Assembly: GCA_046759445.1 (NCBI GenBank)
Contig: JBHICG010000019.1
Span: 1 to 50,263 of the forward strand
DNA: 50,263 nucleotides
Direction of reading: 5' to 3'
DNA from: Candidatus Scalinduaceae bacterium
GTDB lineage: Bacteria; Planctomycetota; Brocadiia; Brocadiales; Scalinduaceae
The stretch's first letter is position 1, and the number at the start of each line of letters is the position of its first letter. The position numbers and the translations under genes were made by a program. The notes beneath the pieces were generated by a model, which worked only from the letters and a program-made list of their open reading frames with translations, was not told where the DNA came from and searched no databases. Below are positions 38,703-48,614 of the stretch, piece by piece.

Positions 38703-40283
38703 ATGGGAAGTTTGCAAATACCTAATAAATCGGCTGCAACCAGGACGACGACGAGAACCGGAAGGGATGTCTTACCTCAAAGTGGAATGTGTGTAGTTTG
38801 TCTTGATGGGTGTCCTGGATACTGTGAGATTGGGGTGTCAGCAATGAGAGGCCCTGAGACGATATACCCTCAACCATTTGGGAAAAGCACGTCCAGTGGC
38901 ACAAAGGATTATCCTGTAGATTATTCACATTTTAACATTTCGGGAACCGTTGCCAGTCATCACCAGAAAGAGTATGAAGTGTTTACAAACGTAAATCTTG
39001 AGACACACCTCGGTAGAGATAAAGGCCTTAAATTAAGATTACCCTTAGTCTGTACAGGTTTGGGTTCTACACAGATAGCTCAGACTCATTTTGCGGACCT
39101 TGGGACAGGTGCGGCCATTTGTGGTACCGGGATAGTAATTGGTGAGAACGTGGTAGGGATGGATGATAAGTCCAAATTTGACAAAAATCATAAGGTTACA
39201 GAATGTAAGGAACTTGAAAGAAGGTTTAAGTCTTTTAAAGACCACCAGAAAGACGGTTATGGTTTTATCGCCATTCAGGCGAACCCGGAAGACTGGAGAT
39301 TGGGTGTTCTTGAGTATAGTATGGAAAAACTGGGTTCCGATGCCGTGGAATTAAAATGGGGGCAGGGTGCCAAGAACATTGGTGGCGAAGTTAAAATTTT
39401 TAACCTCGATAAGGCAAAACTGTTGAAGAAGAGAGGCTATATTGTAATTCCTGACCCGGATGATAAGGTTGTACAGGAAGCCTTTAAAAAAGGAGCTATA
39501 GAGGGTTTTGAGAGACATACCAGGATTGGGGCAATATCAGATTTCTTACCCAAGGCAATGGATGTTTTTTGTCAGTCCGTGGAACATCTCAGGGGTGCAG
39601 GCGCGAAATATGTCTTCTTGAAGACAGGTGCGTATCGTCCATCTGATTTGGCAAGGGCAATTAAGTTCTGTTCGATTGCAAAAGTTGATGTATTAACTAT
39701 TGATGGTGCAGGTGGTGGAACTGGTATGAGTCCATGGAGAATGATGAATGAATGGGGTGTTCCCACTGTTTATATTGCCGCTATGACTTATGAGTATTGT
39801 GACAGATTGGCAAAAAGAGGAGAATATGTACCGGATATTATTCTTGCCGGTGGTCTTATAACCGAAGATCATATTTATAAATCATTTGCACTGGCTGCGC
39901 CGTACGTCAAGGCAGTTGGGATGTCGCGCTCTACAATTTGTGCCGTTCATGTTGGAAATAATAATGGTAAGTGGGTCAAGGAAGGCAAGATCCCAAAACC
40001 TGCTTCAGAACATGGAGATACGGTTGATAAGATTTTTTATTACTCAACAAAGGTTAAGAAGGAATTTGGAAAGGTAAGTACAGGGGTTTTAGGTATGTAT
40101 TCCTATTATCAGAAAATGGCAATGGGCCTTCGCCAGATAATGGCTGGTTCAAGGAGATTTGAGCTTAGCAGTATTAACAGGAACGACATTTTTGCATTGA
40201 CCAGAGAGGCAGCAGACGTTACGGGAATCAACTATGTTATGGATTGGGAAAGGGAGGCTTCGTTAAACATTTTAGATGCATAA
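38703..40283 (+). CDS. Stand-alone FMN-binding glutamate synthase family protein
   Basis: CVVCLDGCPGYCE, ELKWGQGAKNIGGE, IDGAGGGTGMSP. Confidence 0.88.
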   Translation: MGSLQIPNKSAATRTTTRTGRDVLPQSGMCVVCLDGCPGYCEIGVSAMRGPETIYPQPFGKSTSSGTKDYPVDYSHFNISGTVASHHQKEYEVFTNVNLETHLGRDKGLKLRLPLVCTGLGSTQIAQTHFADLGTGAAICGTGIVIGENVVGMDDKSKFDKNHKVTECKELERRFKSFKDHQKDGYGFIAIQANPEDWRLGVLEYSMEKLGSDAVELKWGQGAKNIGGEVKIFNLDKAKLLKKRGYIVIPDPDDKVVQEAFKKGAIEGFERHTRIGAISDFLPKAMDVFCQSVEHLRGAGAKYVFLKTGAYRPSDLARAIKFCSIAKVDVLTIDGAGGGTGMSPWRMMNEWGVPTVYIAAMTYEYCDRLAKRGEYVPDIILAGGLITEDHIYKSFALAAPYVKAVGMSRSTICAVHVGNNNGKWVKEGKIPKPASEHGDTVDKIFYYSTKVKKEFGKVSTGVLGMYSYYQKMAMGLRQIMAGSRRFELSSINRNDIFALTREAADVTGINYVMDWEREASLNILDA

Positions 40284-40321
40284 ACAATATCCTTGTAAAG
40301 GGTAGGTCTTATTAAAAAATT

Positions 40322-40364
40322 AAAGCTGTATAAAGTGTTCAAAACGCTCTATACAGCTTTTTTT
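40322..40364 (+). terminator. Rho-independent terminator
   Basis: aaagctgtata...tatacagcttt followed by a T-run. Confidence 0.75.
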
Positions 40365-40938
40365 ATGCTCTTATTTTTTGCTTTAAAACAAGTACTAAAT
40401 ATTTAAGTATTTTATAGGTTCATGAAAGATAAATGTGTTGAGATAATCAAACTGTTTTAGCAGGATACCCATCAATTCTATAACATACCCTGACATAGAA
40501 TATACGTAATCTTATAATCGCCTTTTAATAGCATCGCTTCAATGCCTATCTAAACTCTTTTAATGTGTAATGTATGTAAACATTACATAGCATATATGTA
40601 ATAATTACAATAACTATCACATTGAATACTACTCTACTCGTGATGCCTAAATAGGAAAATATTGTATAGGCTTTTGAGTCAAATACTTAACATATCTATT
40701 TATATAGTATAACCTGTTGTCACTACCAACGGCATATCTATTGCGATTATTGTAAATTTATCATCAACGAAGATTTTTCTCTGAAAGATAACCAAAATTG
40801 AGTCTTTCATATTGGTCTTAATGATATCGATGAGTTTTTAAGAATAGTATCAGACTTAAGCTAAGGTCTACCTGTAATAACAGAGATACTTAAATACCGC
40901 TTTAAAGCATTGGACGATAATAGGCGATAATAGGCGAT

Positions 40939-41683
40939 AATAGGGACAGCGACTGTTTTAATTTTTGCGTGGTCTTCCCCACGGTAGCGCCCTTAGCCTT
41001 CTCCCAAATAACCTCTCAATCTTTTTCATAAATCTATCATCACCACATGGTCTTCCCGTCATCGAACACTTCCTTATGTTTCTTATGATTTGTTCATCTT
41101 CTTTTTCTCTTAAATACTCCAACCAATCCTCTATCTCTTTTTCCAAATAACAATCTTGAGATAAAACAGAATCTTTCTCCCTGTTTACATGACTTCTTGC
41201 ACTCGACCATTTATACCTTTGTGGTTTTCTTACTATACCAGCTCGGACAGGATTATTTTCTACATATCTAACCGCTGCATATGTGTGTCTTTCATCGAGG
41301 ATGCAAGAGTAAAATCTTCCCTGCCAGAGATGTCCTTTCAAATTCTTTCTTTGATTGAAATATTGTGAGTATCTCATATGGAGTGCATTAAATGTGCGTG
41401 CGAGTGAATCCTCTTGCTCCGGTACACAAACAAAGTGGACGTGATTAGACATAAGACAATATGCCCAAATCTTTAAAGAGTATTTTTTGCCGTAATCTTT
41501 AAGCCATTCAAGGTATTGAACATAGTCGTTATCTTCCTCAAAATACCGGCTGCCTGTAATTACCTCTTTGGGTAACGTGATGTGGATATCCCTTTGCTAC
41601 AGTTCTTGCAATTCGTGGCATAAGTAAAATAGCATAACCATTTTACCTTATCTTGTCAACATAAAAACAGTCGCTGTCCCTAT
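40939..41683 (-). mobile_element. RAYT element with perfect 21-bp terminal inverted repeats
   Basis: aatagggacagcgactgtttt (40939-40959) / aaaacagtcgctgtccctatt (41663-41683). Confidence 0.85.
40958..41621 (-). pseudogene. RAYT transposase, frameshifted
   Basis: MPRIAR..GYPHHVTQRGN from ATG 41621, +1 shift in a T4 run near 41540, then YCLMSNHVH, GHLWQGRF, YVENNPVRAG, WSS. Confidence 0.85.
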
Positions 41684-41717
41684 TTTCTTTCTCGATTCAT
41701 ACCATGCGCCCTGATAT

Positions 41718-44700
41718 TCAATTCGTAAAGTATTCTGTGACTGCGTTTATTACAATGTCGCTGAGCAGTTGAAGTTTAGTTCGAGTGCCTTCCAGAAATC
41801 GAGCAGCGTTAATGCCTACGTTGAATGATGACGCAGTTGGGCTCACACCATTTTCTAGGGGAACTAAACCTAAATCAAACATGTTTCGGGCCCGTTCATT
41901 TGGCGTACCCAAGTTTGCTTCTACTAAACTACCGTTTATTATGTTTTTTTCTGTTTGAGACAATTGTGATGACTGTATTTCTACTGCTTGAAATGGCGTC
42001 CGTAATGTTGTCGCAAAACGACCCGTTTCTGCTATTTTATCGTCTATAATTCTTTGTGCTTCTTTTTTAATATTACTAAGACTAAAATCACTTATACTAA
42101 TATCAGCCTGATCCGCTGCAATTAATACAACGACGGTTACAAGGACACCGGCTGCTATTGCATTAGCTATGAGTCCAGTCGGGTCGACTAGATTTACTGG
42201 GTTATTTTTTACATATCGGTAAAAATTCATATCTCCAGCTAAAAAGCCTATAGGATCTTCACTGATAAAGCGACCGGTTTGCGGGTCATAATACCGTGCT
42301 CTGTAATAATATAGCCCGCTTTCGGCATCAAATTCCCTGCCTGTATAGGTGAAAGGGTTGAGCACACCTTCTACATTATCTTCAAGCATGCCGTATGAAT
42401 CATAGTTATAGGAATTGACCTCAACACCAGTGGCATCGGTAAGTTTTCTAACAGAGCCTGAATGGTCAGCCTGATAGAAGAAAGACTGCCCGCCCCGCTC
42501 CATGCTCAAAGGCTGGTCGATTTTGTCCCCATGGCTGTAACGTGCCACAAGGTTATTCGTTCCATCGTATTCCAAGATAATGTCCAGACCATCATAGACA
42601 TAACGTGTGATTGTTCCGTTTACGTTCTTCTCTATCCTTCGGTCTATTCCGTCATAAAGATAAGTCACATTTGTGGCGTCAGGAAGGTCTATCCGGACCA
42701 ACAGGTTATGGGCATCCCATGTGTAAGTCGTGACTCCGCCACCACTCTTTGCGGTCTTTGTGCTCAGATTTCCGTTGTTATCATAAGTGTATGTGAAGTC
42801 ATCATCCTCCAGGAGGCGGTTGGCGGCATCCGTCACATGAGTGGCAGACAGGTGCGAGGTGACGCGGTTGCCAACTGCATCATACGTGTATGTCTCCGGC
42901 GCAGCAACTGTACCTCCACCGGTGACTCGCCGCAGGGCATCGTATACGAACTGCCTGGTCTGCGTTTGTTCGACTATGGAGAGGATATTGCCCACGTCGT
43001 TGTGGTTGTAGCCAAAACTGGCCAGGACCGTGCTCCCCCCGGCCGTATGCGTGAGGTCCGACAAACGGCCTTTCACGTCATACTGATAATCGGACGCCAC
43101 ACTATTCGGGAACAGTATCTGGGTCAACCTGCCCACTGTATCAGAACTCAGGCCGATAGTATCCCCTGCCGGTGTGATAAGTTGGGTCAGGCGATCTGCA
43201 GCGTCGTGGCTTAATTGCGTTATCCCTCCTAATGTATCGTCAAACCGGCTGCGATTACCTACGGCATCGTAGGTGTTGGTCAGGGTGACACTAGGTTGTA
43301 CGCCAACATCAACGGTCTGAGCCGTCAGGACACGGTTGAGTCCATCATAGGTAAAGCTCAAACTGCTGTCGTTATCCTGCACTGTAAGAGGATTGCCTAC
43401 AGCATCGTATGTAAGCGAAATGGTGTTGTCAGATGTGGTTAGCTGGATAAAACGCGACAGGTCATCGTAAGTGCTTGTAATAACCTGGGCTTTCGGATCG
43501 GTTGTGGTAATGAGGTTGTTTCTCGAATCGTATGTAAATGTTATAGCCATACCAAGCGGGTCTGTCCTCTGTACCTGCCGATTGAGTAAGTCATACGCAA
43601 ACGTGGTAGTCTGGCCACTGGCATCAGAGAAAGAGACAGTATTGCCCTGCGTGTCATAGTCGAGAAGCAGCTCTCCGCCAAGGGCGTCGGTGGATTTTAC
43701 CAACTGGTCCGCTGCATCATATTCGAAGGTGGTCGTCTGATTAAGTCCATCCACGGAAGTTATGAGATTCCCATTCGGATCGTAAGTCAACTGTGTAATT
43801 CCATTGATGGGATTATTGACGCTTAAGACACGGTCCCTTTCGTCGTAGGTCATGCTAATGATCTCACCGGTATGATTTTCCGCATCTACGATGTTCCCTG
43901 ATACATCATAACGGAATTGGAAGGCCGCTCCGGCGCCATCGGTAGACATCAGAATCCGGTTTAAGTCATCGTATGTAAATGTGCTGGTACGCTGCTCAGG
44001 GCTGCCAACACCTTCTGTTAAGGCCGTGATATTGCCGGCCGCATCACGAGACAGGTTGATAACGTTGCTCTGGGCATCGGTCACCGTGGCCGGATTGCCG
44101 TTGGCATCATAAGTGATGGTGGTCGTGTTGCCATTCTCATCTGTAGATGTCAGAGGCAGTCCACTGCTGTCGTAAGTGAACGTGCGTTCACCACCCAGAG
44201 GGTTAATGGTCCTGGTGAGATTGCCCTGCGCATCGTATTCAAATGTCGTCACCTTCCCGGCAGGGTCAGTCATCCTGGTAATCTGGTTAAATACAGGCTC
44301 ATATTCAAAGCTCGTTTGCCTCTCCAGTGTGTCGCCAACCGGTTCCTGCAGCGAAAGTAAATTACCTTTGTTGTCATAAGTGAATGCCGTGATTGCCCCG
44401 TTTGGGCTCACAACCTGTGTTGGAGCGCTATTCTCATCTCTGACAACAGACGTTACCCTGCCCAGTGGATCGATTATCTCACTGGCTGAGCCAAAGCGGT
44501 TGGTTTCAATCGTAACTTGATTTCCATTGCCATCAGTATAAGTGGCTATGCCATCATCAGGACGCACTACAGGAGCAGGGTTGTTTTCTGTGCCCAGGCC
44601 GCTAAGCGGGTCGATAAGCCCAACCGTATCAGTGGGACCAAGCTGCCTGGTTGAACCATCAGGAAGGTTAGATGATACAAATTTTCCGGCAAAATCGAAG

Positions 44701-47700
44701 TTGTAGTTTGTGGTAAATCCGCGCTTTGAGGTTTGTGAAGTCATATGATGGCGTCCATCATAGCTGAACTGTCTATTGCTGCCATCAGGATCGGTAATGC
44801 GTGTAAGGTTGCCTTCAGAATCGTGCTCAAAAGTGGTTACTCGCCCTGCCGGGTCTGTTACGCTCGAAAGCATGTCGCCCGTATATGTGAGCGTCGTCAC
44901 AAGACCGACCGGGTCGGTAATAGCCGTCAGGTTGTCGTTTGCATCGTATGCAAAAGTAGTAGTATTGTTATTCCTATCAACAATCGATGTTTGGAGACCA
45001 CTAGCATTAAAGTTGATCTTTGTGCCGTTTTTCAGCGTACGGGTAAATGTGTTGTCAATGTTTTGCTCAAGTGTGGAGAAGTCGCCCGGTGGGCTTTGCA
45101 AACGAGTCTCAAAGCCCTCAAGATTAGCGCCCTTAATAAGATCAATCGTATAACGAGTTGTCGGTTGCGAGAAATTATAGAATCCAATCCGACCCTCCGG
45201 GAATGTCCCGGCCACATCAAATATCGTATTTCCATCAATAGAGATTATGATGCGATCCGTTTGATAAATCAGTTCGAACTCGTACTCAACATTATCAAGC
45301 CATCCCTTTTCAGAGCCAAAGTCTGTTCCAAGCACTTCCCATTCGGCAGAATCCGTATGTTGCCAAAACCCGGGCGAAAAATCAGTAATCGACCCGTTGA
45401 CCCTGTTAAGGGTAAAGCCTTCTTCTGCGCCGCTTTGAGCGAATTGTTTCCAGTCAAACAAAAGCAGGTCAAAGTCGGTATTAACGTCTCCATTTGCTGC
45501 AACAGGCTTCTGATAACCAAATACAAACCCTATGAAGTCATCATCGCCGGTAGTCTCAACCTTCATCGTCCCCCGAATTGTGGTATTGATGAAGTTCTCC
45601 TCCGGGCTCACGAAGAACGTTGGAATAGTGGAGATGTGCCCACTCATCTGCACTGAGGAGCCGTCAGGGGCAACTATCCAATTTACGATCACATCCGGGC
45701 CTTCCTTTGTCCAGGTGTTCAGATCTAAATTTACCAGGACCTCTTCGTATCTTAACGTTGAACCGTCCCCATCCGTGAGCAAGACACCCCCAACGTTCTG
45801 AGGCCAGATTCGCTCCAGACCATTAAGTGTCCATCCTGCGCCGAACGAACTGTCCCGCTGGTTGTTTACCAACACATCGTCACTCAGGACGCTTGAGACT
45901 GATGATTGCGTAAAGTTATTGGTCTGAGTAAACCTGTAGGGGTAAATACCGGTCTCAAATCCGCTTGCATCAAACTGGGCGACCAGTCTTATAGTCTCAT
46001 CGACACTCTCACTCAGCCCGCTGGTATCCGTAAATACCTCAACACCCTGATCTACTCCACCTACACTAAGACTGGTAGAAACTGTAGGAGGGACGGCTGA
46101 TTTGAATGGAATCGTACTGTTTGAAATAATCACAGGTTGAGGATCTGCATGATCGCTGTTATAAACAAAGCGAAGAGCCCTTGATTGTCCTAAAGAACTA
46201 TAGCTTGATAGTGAATGATCTACGGCCAGGTTGCCTGAATGCGCATAGGATATGGACCCAGTCTCGCATTTGATAAAATTAATTATCCTCTGAATTAAAC
46301 TCATGGTTTGGCTAGCGCCATTCGTCTCTATCGGCAATGGAAAATGCCAGGAAGCTTCTCTGATTCCACCATCTATAGTATTGATCACAGAACCATCGGC
46401 GCTGACCTCACCTGTCCCGGCGATAAAGAACTCACCTGTACTATGATCCAGTGACCATAGATCCAACTGGCTTCCAGACGCCAGGTTATCAAGATTTGGA
46501 AAAGTGATAGGTGCAGGCTGATCAAACGTAAGCCCCATTGGTTGAATAGTAACCACCATGCCAGGTTCCAATGTATCAGGCAGTGATGCAGGCGTAAATC
46601 CTGCTGGCACCTCGGAGACAGATAGCATACCGCTGTAGTTTGCTCCATTCTCATCTTTCACTGTATTCGGTGGAATGGTCAAGGTAATACCTGCATTAGG
46701 ATTGTTTAACACTGTAGTATTGTTCGGATCTACCTGTACCTCTCCTTCTGAATCCAAATGCATAATGTATATGGGCCTTGTGATTACGTTGGTGACATTG
46801 ACGATCAGGTCTTCCATACCAAGGTAAGCGCCATAAGAAAAACCGGTTGGCGCTGTTGCAGTGCTTCCATCATAATCAAAGTGGTTTTCACCAGGTGTAA
46901 GCCCACTTAAGAGGAAATTGCCATTGCTATCTGTAGTTGTGGACAGGCCCGTTTCTATGTTTGTAACGGTGGCTCCCACTATTGGCGTTGTAATACTCAG
47001 CAAGGCATCATTAGCATCCAGAATTTGTCCCTGGAGTGCAGTGATACCGCCAGGCTCTGCTTCTAATACCGTAATGTCGATGGTTTCAGAATTAGACGAG
47101 CTGCCATCACTTGCCGTAAAGGTCAGTGCGAAAACTCCCACCTGATTTTCTGAAGGACTGAAGGCAAAGATACCGGTCACTGCATTGAGAGTTGCATTAT
47201 CTGGCAATGGAAGAGGTGAGGCAGAGAATGTCATCAGATTGCCGTTAGGGAAAGCCGCTGCGAGATCGAGTACCAGTGTATTACCGATACGAACACTTTG
47301 GTCTGACAGCGTATTCTCCACGAGGTCTAATCCATCACAGTCCTCATCTATACCATTATTCGGTATCTCCGTTGCACCGGGATGGATATTGGGGCTGTTA
47401 TCATCACAATCTGTGTTATCGAGGACAAAACCTGCAGGTTGAGTACAATACTTAATGCTAACGGCCGGGTTGCCGAATCCATCAATATCCGCATCCACGT
47501 AATATGTCGTCTTCTGAATGCCCTCATCTATCTGGCCATTACAGTTATTGTCTATTCCATCACAGACTTCAGTGGCTCCGGGATGTATATTTGCTTTCGT
47601 ATCGTCACAATCACCTGAAGTGGCCTTTAGCTCTGATAGTATCTTAAATCCTATAGGTCTTGTGCATGAGGTTGTGTTTTTAGTACCATCTGAATAACCA

Positions 47701-48446
47701 TCATCATCAGCATCCTTATACCATGTCGAAGGTTGAATCACATCTCCATCTCTGCAGTCCGTATTAAAGGCATCATTAATAAAGGTATCATTCTTAAAGG
47801 CATCATTAGCATCCAGAATTTGTACCGGGGGTGCAGTGATTCCGCCAGGCTCTACTCCTAATACCGTAATGCCGATGGTTTCAGAATTAGACGAGCTGCC
47901 AGCACCACCCTGATCTAAAAGGGTTGGACCCACAAGGTCTAATCCATCACAGTCCTCATCTATACCATTATTCGGTATCTCCGTTGCGCCGGGATGGATA
48001 TTGGGGTTGTTATCATCACAATCTGTGTTATCGAGGACAAAACCTGCAGGCTGAGTACAATCCTGAGTGCTATTATTTGGATCACCAAATCCATCACCGT
48101 CTGCATCCTCGTAATATGTCGTCTTCTGAATGCCCTCATCTATCTGGCCATCACAGTTATTGTCTATTCCATCACATACCTCCTGAGCATTAGGGTTTAT
48201 TGCTGGATCCGTATCGTCACAATCTGTGTTATCGAGGACAAAACCTGCAGGCTGAGTATAATCCTGAGTGCTATTATTTGGATCACCAAATCCATCACCG
48301 TCAGCATCCTTATACATTGAAAAGGAAGAAATATCCGTTGCTTGGGCATGAACTGTTGCAGGCAAAATCTGACCTAGATAAAGCAATAATAAAAAGATGG
48401 TAACTAAGGTCTTTAACTTTCCGACGATTTTACTTTGTATGGTCAT
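41718..48446 (-). CDS. Secreted Rhs/YD-repeat (teneurin-like) protein with MopE-type Cys/Asp repeats, Ig/carboxypeptidase-like domains and a thrombospondin C-terminal domain
   Basis: Signal peptide ending VHA-QA; DCDD..P...E.CDGIDNNC repeats; YD repeats; core FTYTGREFDAESGLYYYRARYYDP..GRFISEDP; PVNLVDPTGL. Confidence 0.92.
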   Translation of the reverse strand: MTIQSKIVGKLKTLVTIFLLLLYLGQILPATVHAQATDISSFSMYKDADGDGFGDPNNSTQDYTQPAGFVLDNTDCDDTDPAINPNAQEVCDGIDNNCDGQIDEGIQKTTYYEDADGDGFGDPNNSTQDCTQPAGFVLDNTDCDDNNPNIHPGATEIPNNGIDEDCDGLDLVGPTLLDQGGAGSSSNSETIGITVLGVEPGGITAPPVQILDANDAFKNDTFINDAFNTDCRDGDVIQPSTWYKDADDDGYSDGTKNTTSCTRPIGFKILSELKATSGDCDDTKANIHPGATEVCDGIDNNCNGQIDEGIQKTTYYVDADIDGFGNPAVSIKYCTQPAGFVLDNTDCDDNSPNIHPGATEIPNNGIDEDCDGLDLVENTLSDQSVRIGNTLVLDLAAAFPNGNLMTFSASPLPLPDNATLNAVTGIFAFSPSENQVGVFALTFTASDGSSSNSETIDITVLEAEPGGITALQGQILDANDALLSITTPIVGATVTNIETGLSTTTDSNGNFLLSGLTPGENHFDYDGSTATAPTGFSYGAYLGMEDLIVNVTNVITRPIYIMHLDSEGEVQVDPNNTTVLNNPNAGITLTIPPNTVKDENGANYSGMLSVSEVPAGFTPASLPDTLEPGMVVTIQPMGLTFDQPAPITFPNLDNLASGSQLDLWSLDHSTGEFFIAGTGEVSADGSVINTIDGGIREASWHFPLPIETNGASQTMSLIQRIINFIKCETGSISYAHSGNLAVDHSLSSYSSLGQSRALRFVYNSDHADPQPVIISNSTIPFKSAVPPTVSTSLSVGGVDQGVEVFTDTSGLSESVDETIRLVAQFDASGFETGIYPYRFTQTNNFTQSSVSSVLSDDVLVNNQRDSSFGAGWTLNGLERIWPQNVGGVLLTDGDGSTLRYEEVLVNLDLNTWTKEGPDVIVNWIVAPDGSSVQMSGHISTIPTFFVSPEENFINTTIRGTMKVETTGDDDFIGFVFGYQKPVAANGDVNTDFDLLLFDWKQFAQSGAEEGFTLNRVNGSITDFSPGFWQHTDSAEWEVLGTDFGSEKGWLDNVEYEFELIYQTDRIIISIDGNTIFDVAGTFPEGRIGFYNFSQPTTRYTIDLIKGANLEGFETRLQSPPGDFSTLEQNIDNTFTRTLKNGTKINFNASGLQTSIVDRNNNTTTFAYDANDNLTAITDPVGLVTTLTYTGDMLSSVTDPAGRVTTFEHDSEGNLTRITDPDGSNRQFSYDGRHHMTSQTSKRGFTTNYNFDFAGKFVSSNLPDGSTRQLGPTDTVGLIDPLSGLGTENNPAPVVRPDDGIATYTDGNGNQVTIETNRFGSASEIIDPLGRVTSVVRDENSAPTQVVSPNGAITAFTYDNKGNLLSLQEPVGDTLERQTSFEYEPVFNQITRMTDPAGKVTTFEYDAQGNLTRTINPLGGERTFTYDSSGLPLTSTDENGNTTTITYDANGNPATVTDAQSNVINLSRDAAGNITALTEGVGSPEQRTSTFTYDDLNRILMSTDGAGAAFQFRYDVSGNIVDAENHTGEIISMTYDERDRVLSVNNPINGITQLTYDPNGNLITSVDGLNQTTTFEYDAADQLVKSTDALGGELLLDYDTQGNTVSFSDASGQTTTFAYDLLNRQVQRTDPLGMAITFTYDSRNNLITTTDPKAQVITSTYDDLSRFIQLTTSDNTISLTYDAVGNPLTVQDNDSSLSFTYDGLNRVLTAQTVDVGVQPSVTLTNTYDAVGNRSRFDDTLGGITQLSHDAADRLTQLITPAGDTIGLSSDTVGRLTQILFPNSVASDYQYDVKGRLSDLTHTAGGSTVLASFGYNHNDVGNILSIVEQTQTRQFVYDALRRVTGGGTVAAPETYTYDAVGNRVTSHLSATHVTDAANRLLEDDDFTYTYDNNGNLSTKTAKSGGGVTTYTWDAHNLLVRIDLPDATNVTYLYDGIDRRIEKNVNGTITRYVYDGLDIILEYDGTNNLVARYSHGDKIDQPLSMERGGQSFFYQADHSGSVRKLTDATGVEVNSYNYDSYGMLEDNVEGVLNPFTYTGREFDAESGLYYYRARYYDPQTGRFISEDPIGFLAGDMNFYRYVKNNPVNLVDPTGLIANAIAAGVLVTVVVLIAADQADISISDFSLSNIKKEAQRIIDDKIAETGRFATTLRTPFQAVEIQSSQLSQTEKNIINGSLVEANLGTPNERARNMFDLGLVPLENGVSPTASSFNVGINAARFLEGTRTKLQLLSDIVINAVTEYFTN

Positions 48447-48537
48447 AAAAGCACCCCCCTTGTTATTTATTGGCGTATTTGGCTTATGACTATTTTGTAT
48501 AATTTAATTTCAATGTTTCATGAAAGATCTAAGAAAT

Positions 48538-48614
48538 ATAAAAAAGCCTTATTGCTAAAGATACTGGTGAATTCGATGAGAATTCCCATAAGCCATCCCT
48601 GGCAGTAAGGCTTT
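48538..48614 (-). terminator. Terminator/attenuator hairpin in the rhs leader
   Basis: Minus strand aaagccttactgc...gcaataaggctttttt, about 90 nt upstream of the rhs ATG. Confidence 0.6.

Noticed and set aside
40566..40588. Palindrome tgtaatgt-N6-acattaca as a regulator site
   Set aside because: Very AT-rich context downstream of convergent genes, with no gene start nearby to regulate
40912..40945. CRISPR array
   Set aside because: 10-bp tandem units with no spacers and no cas genes
47004..47901. Diverged ~100-bp repeat pair in rhs as a DGR template/variable repeat
   Set aside because: The 7 differences are not adenine-specific on either strand and there is no reverse transcriptase in the window
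42462..48403. Long plus-strand ORFs inside rhs (e.g. 42462-43214, 44745-45656)
   Set aside because: Antisense shadows of a GC-richer repetitive gene with no protein motifs
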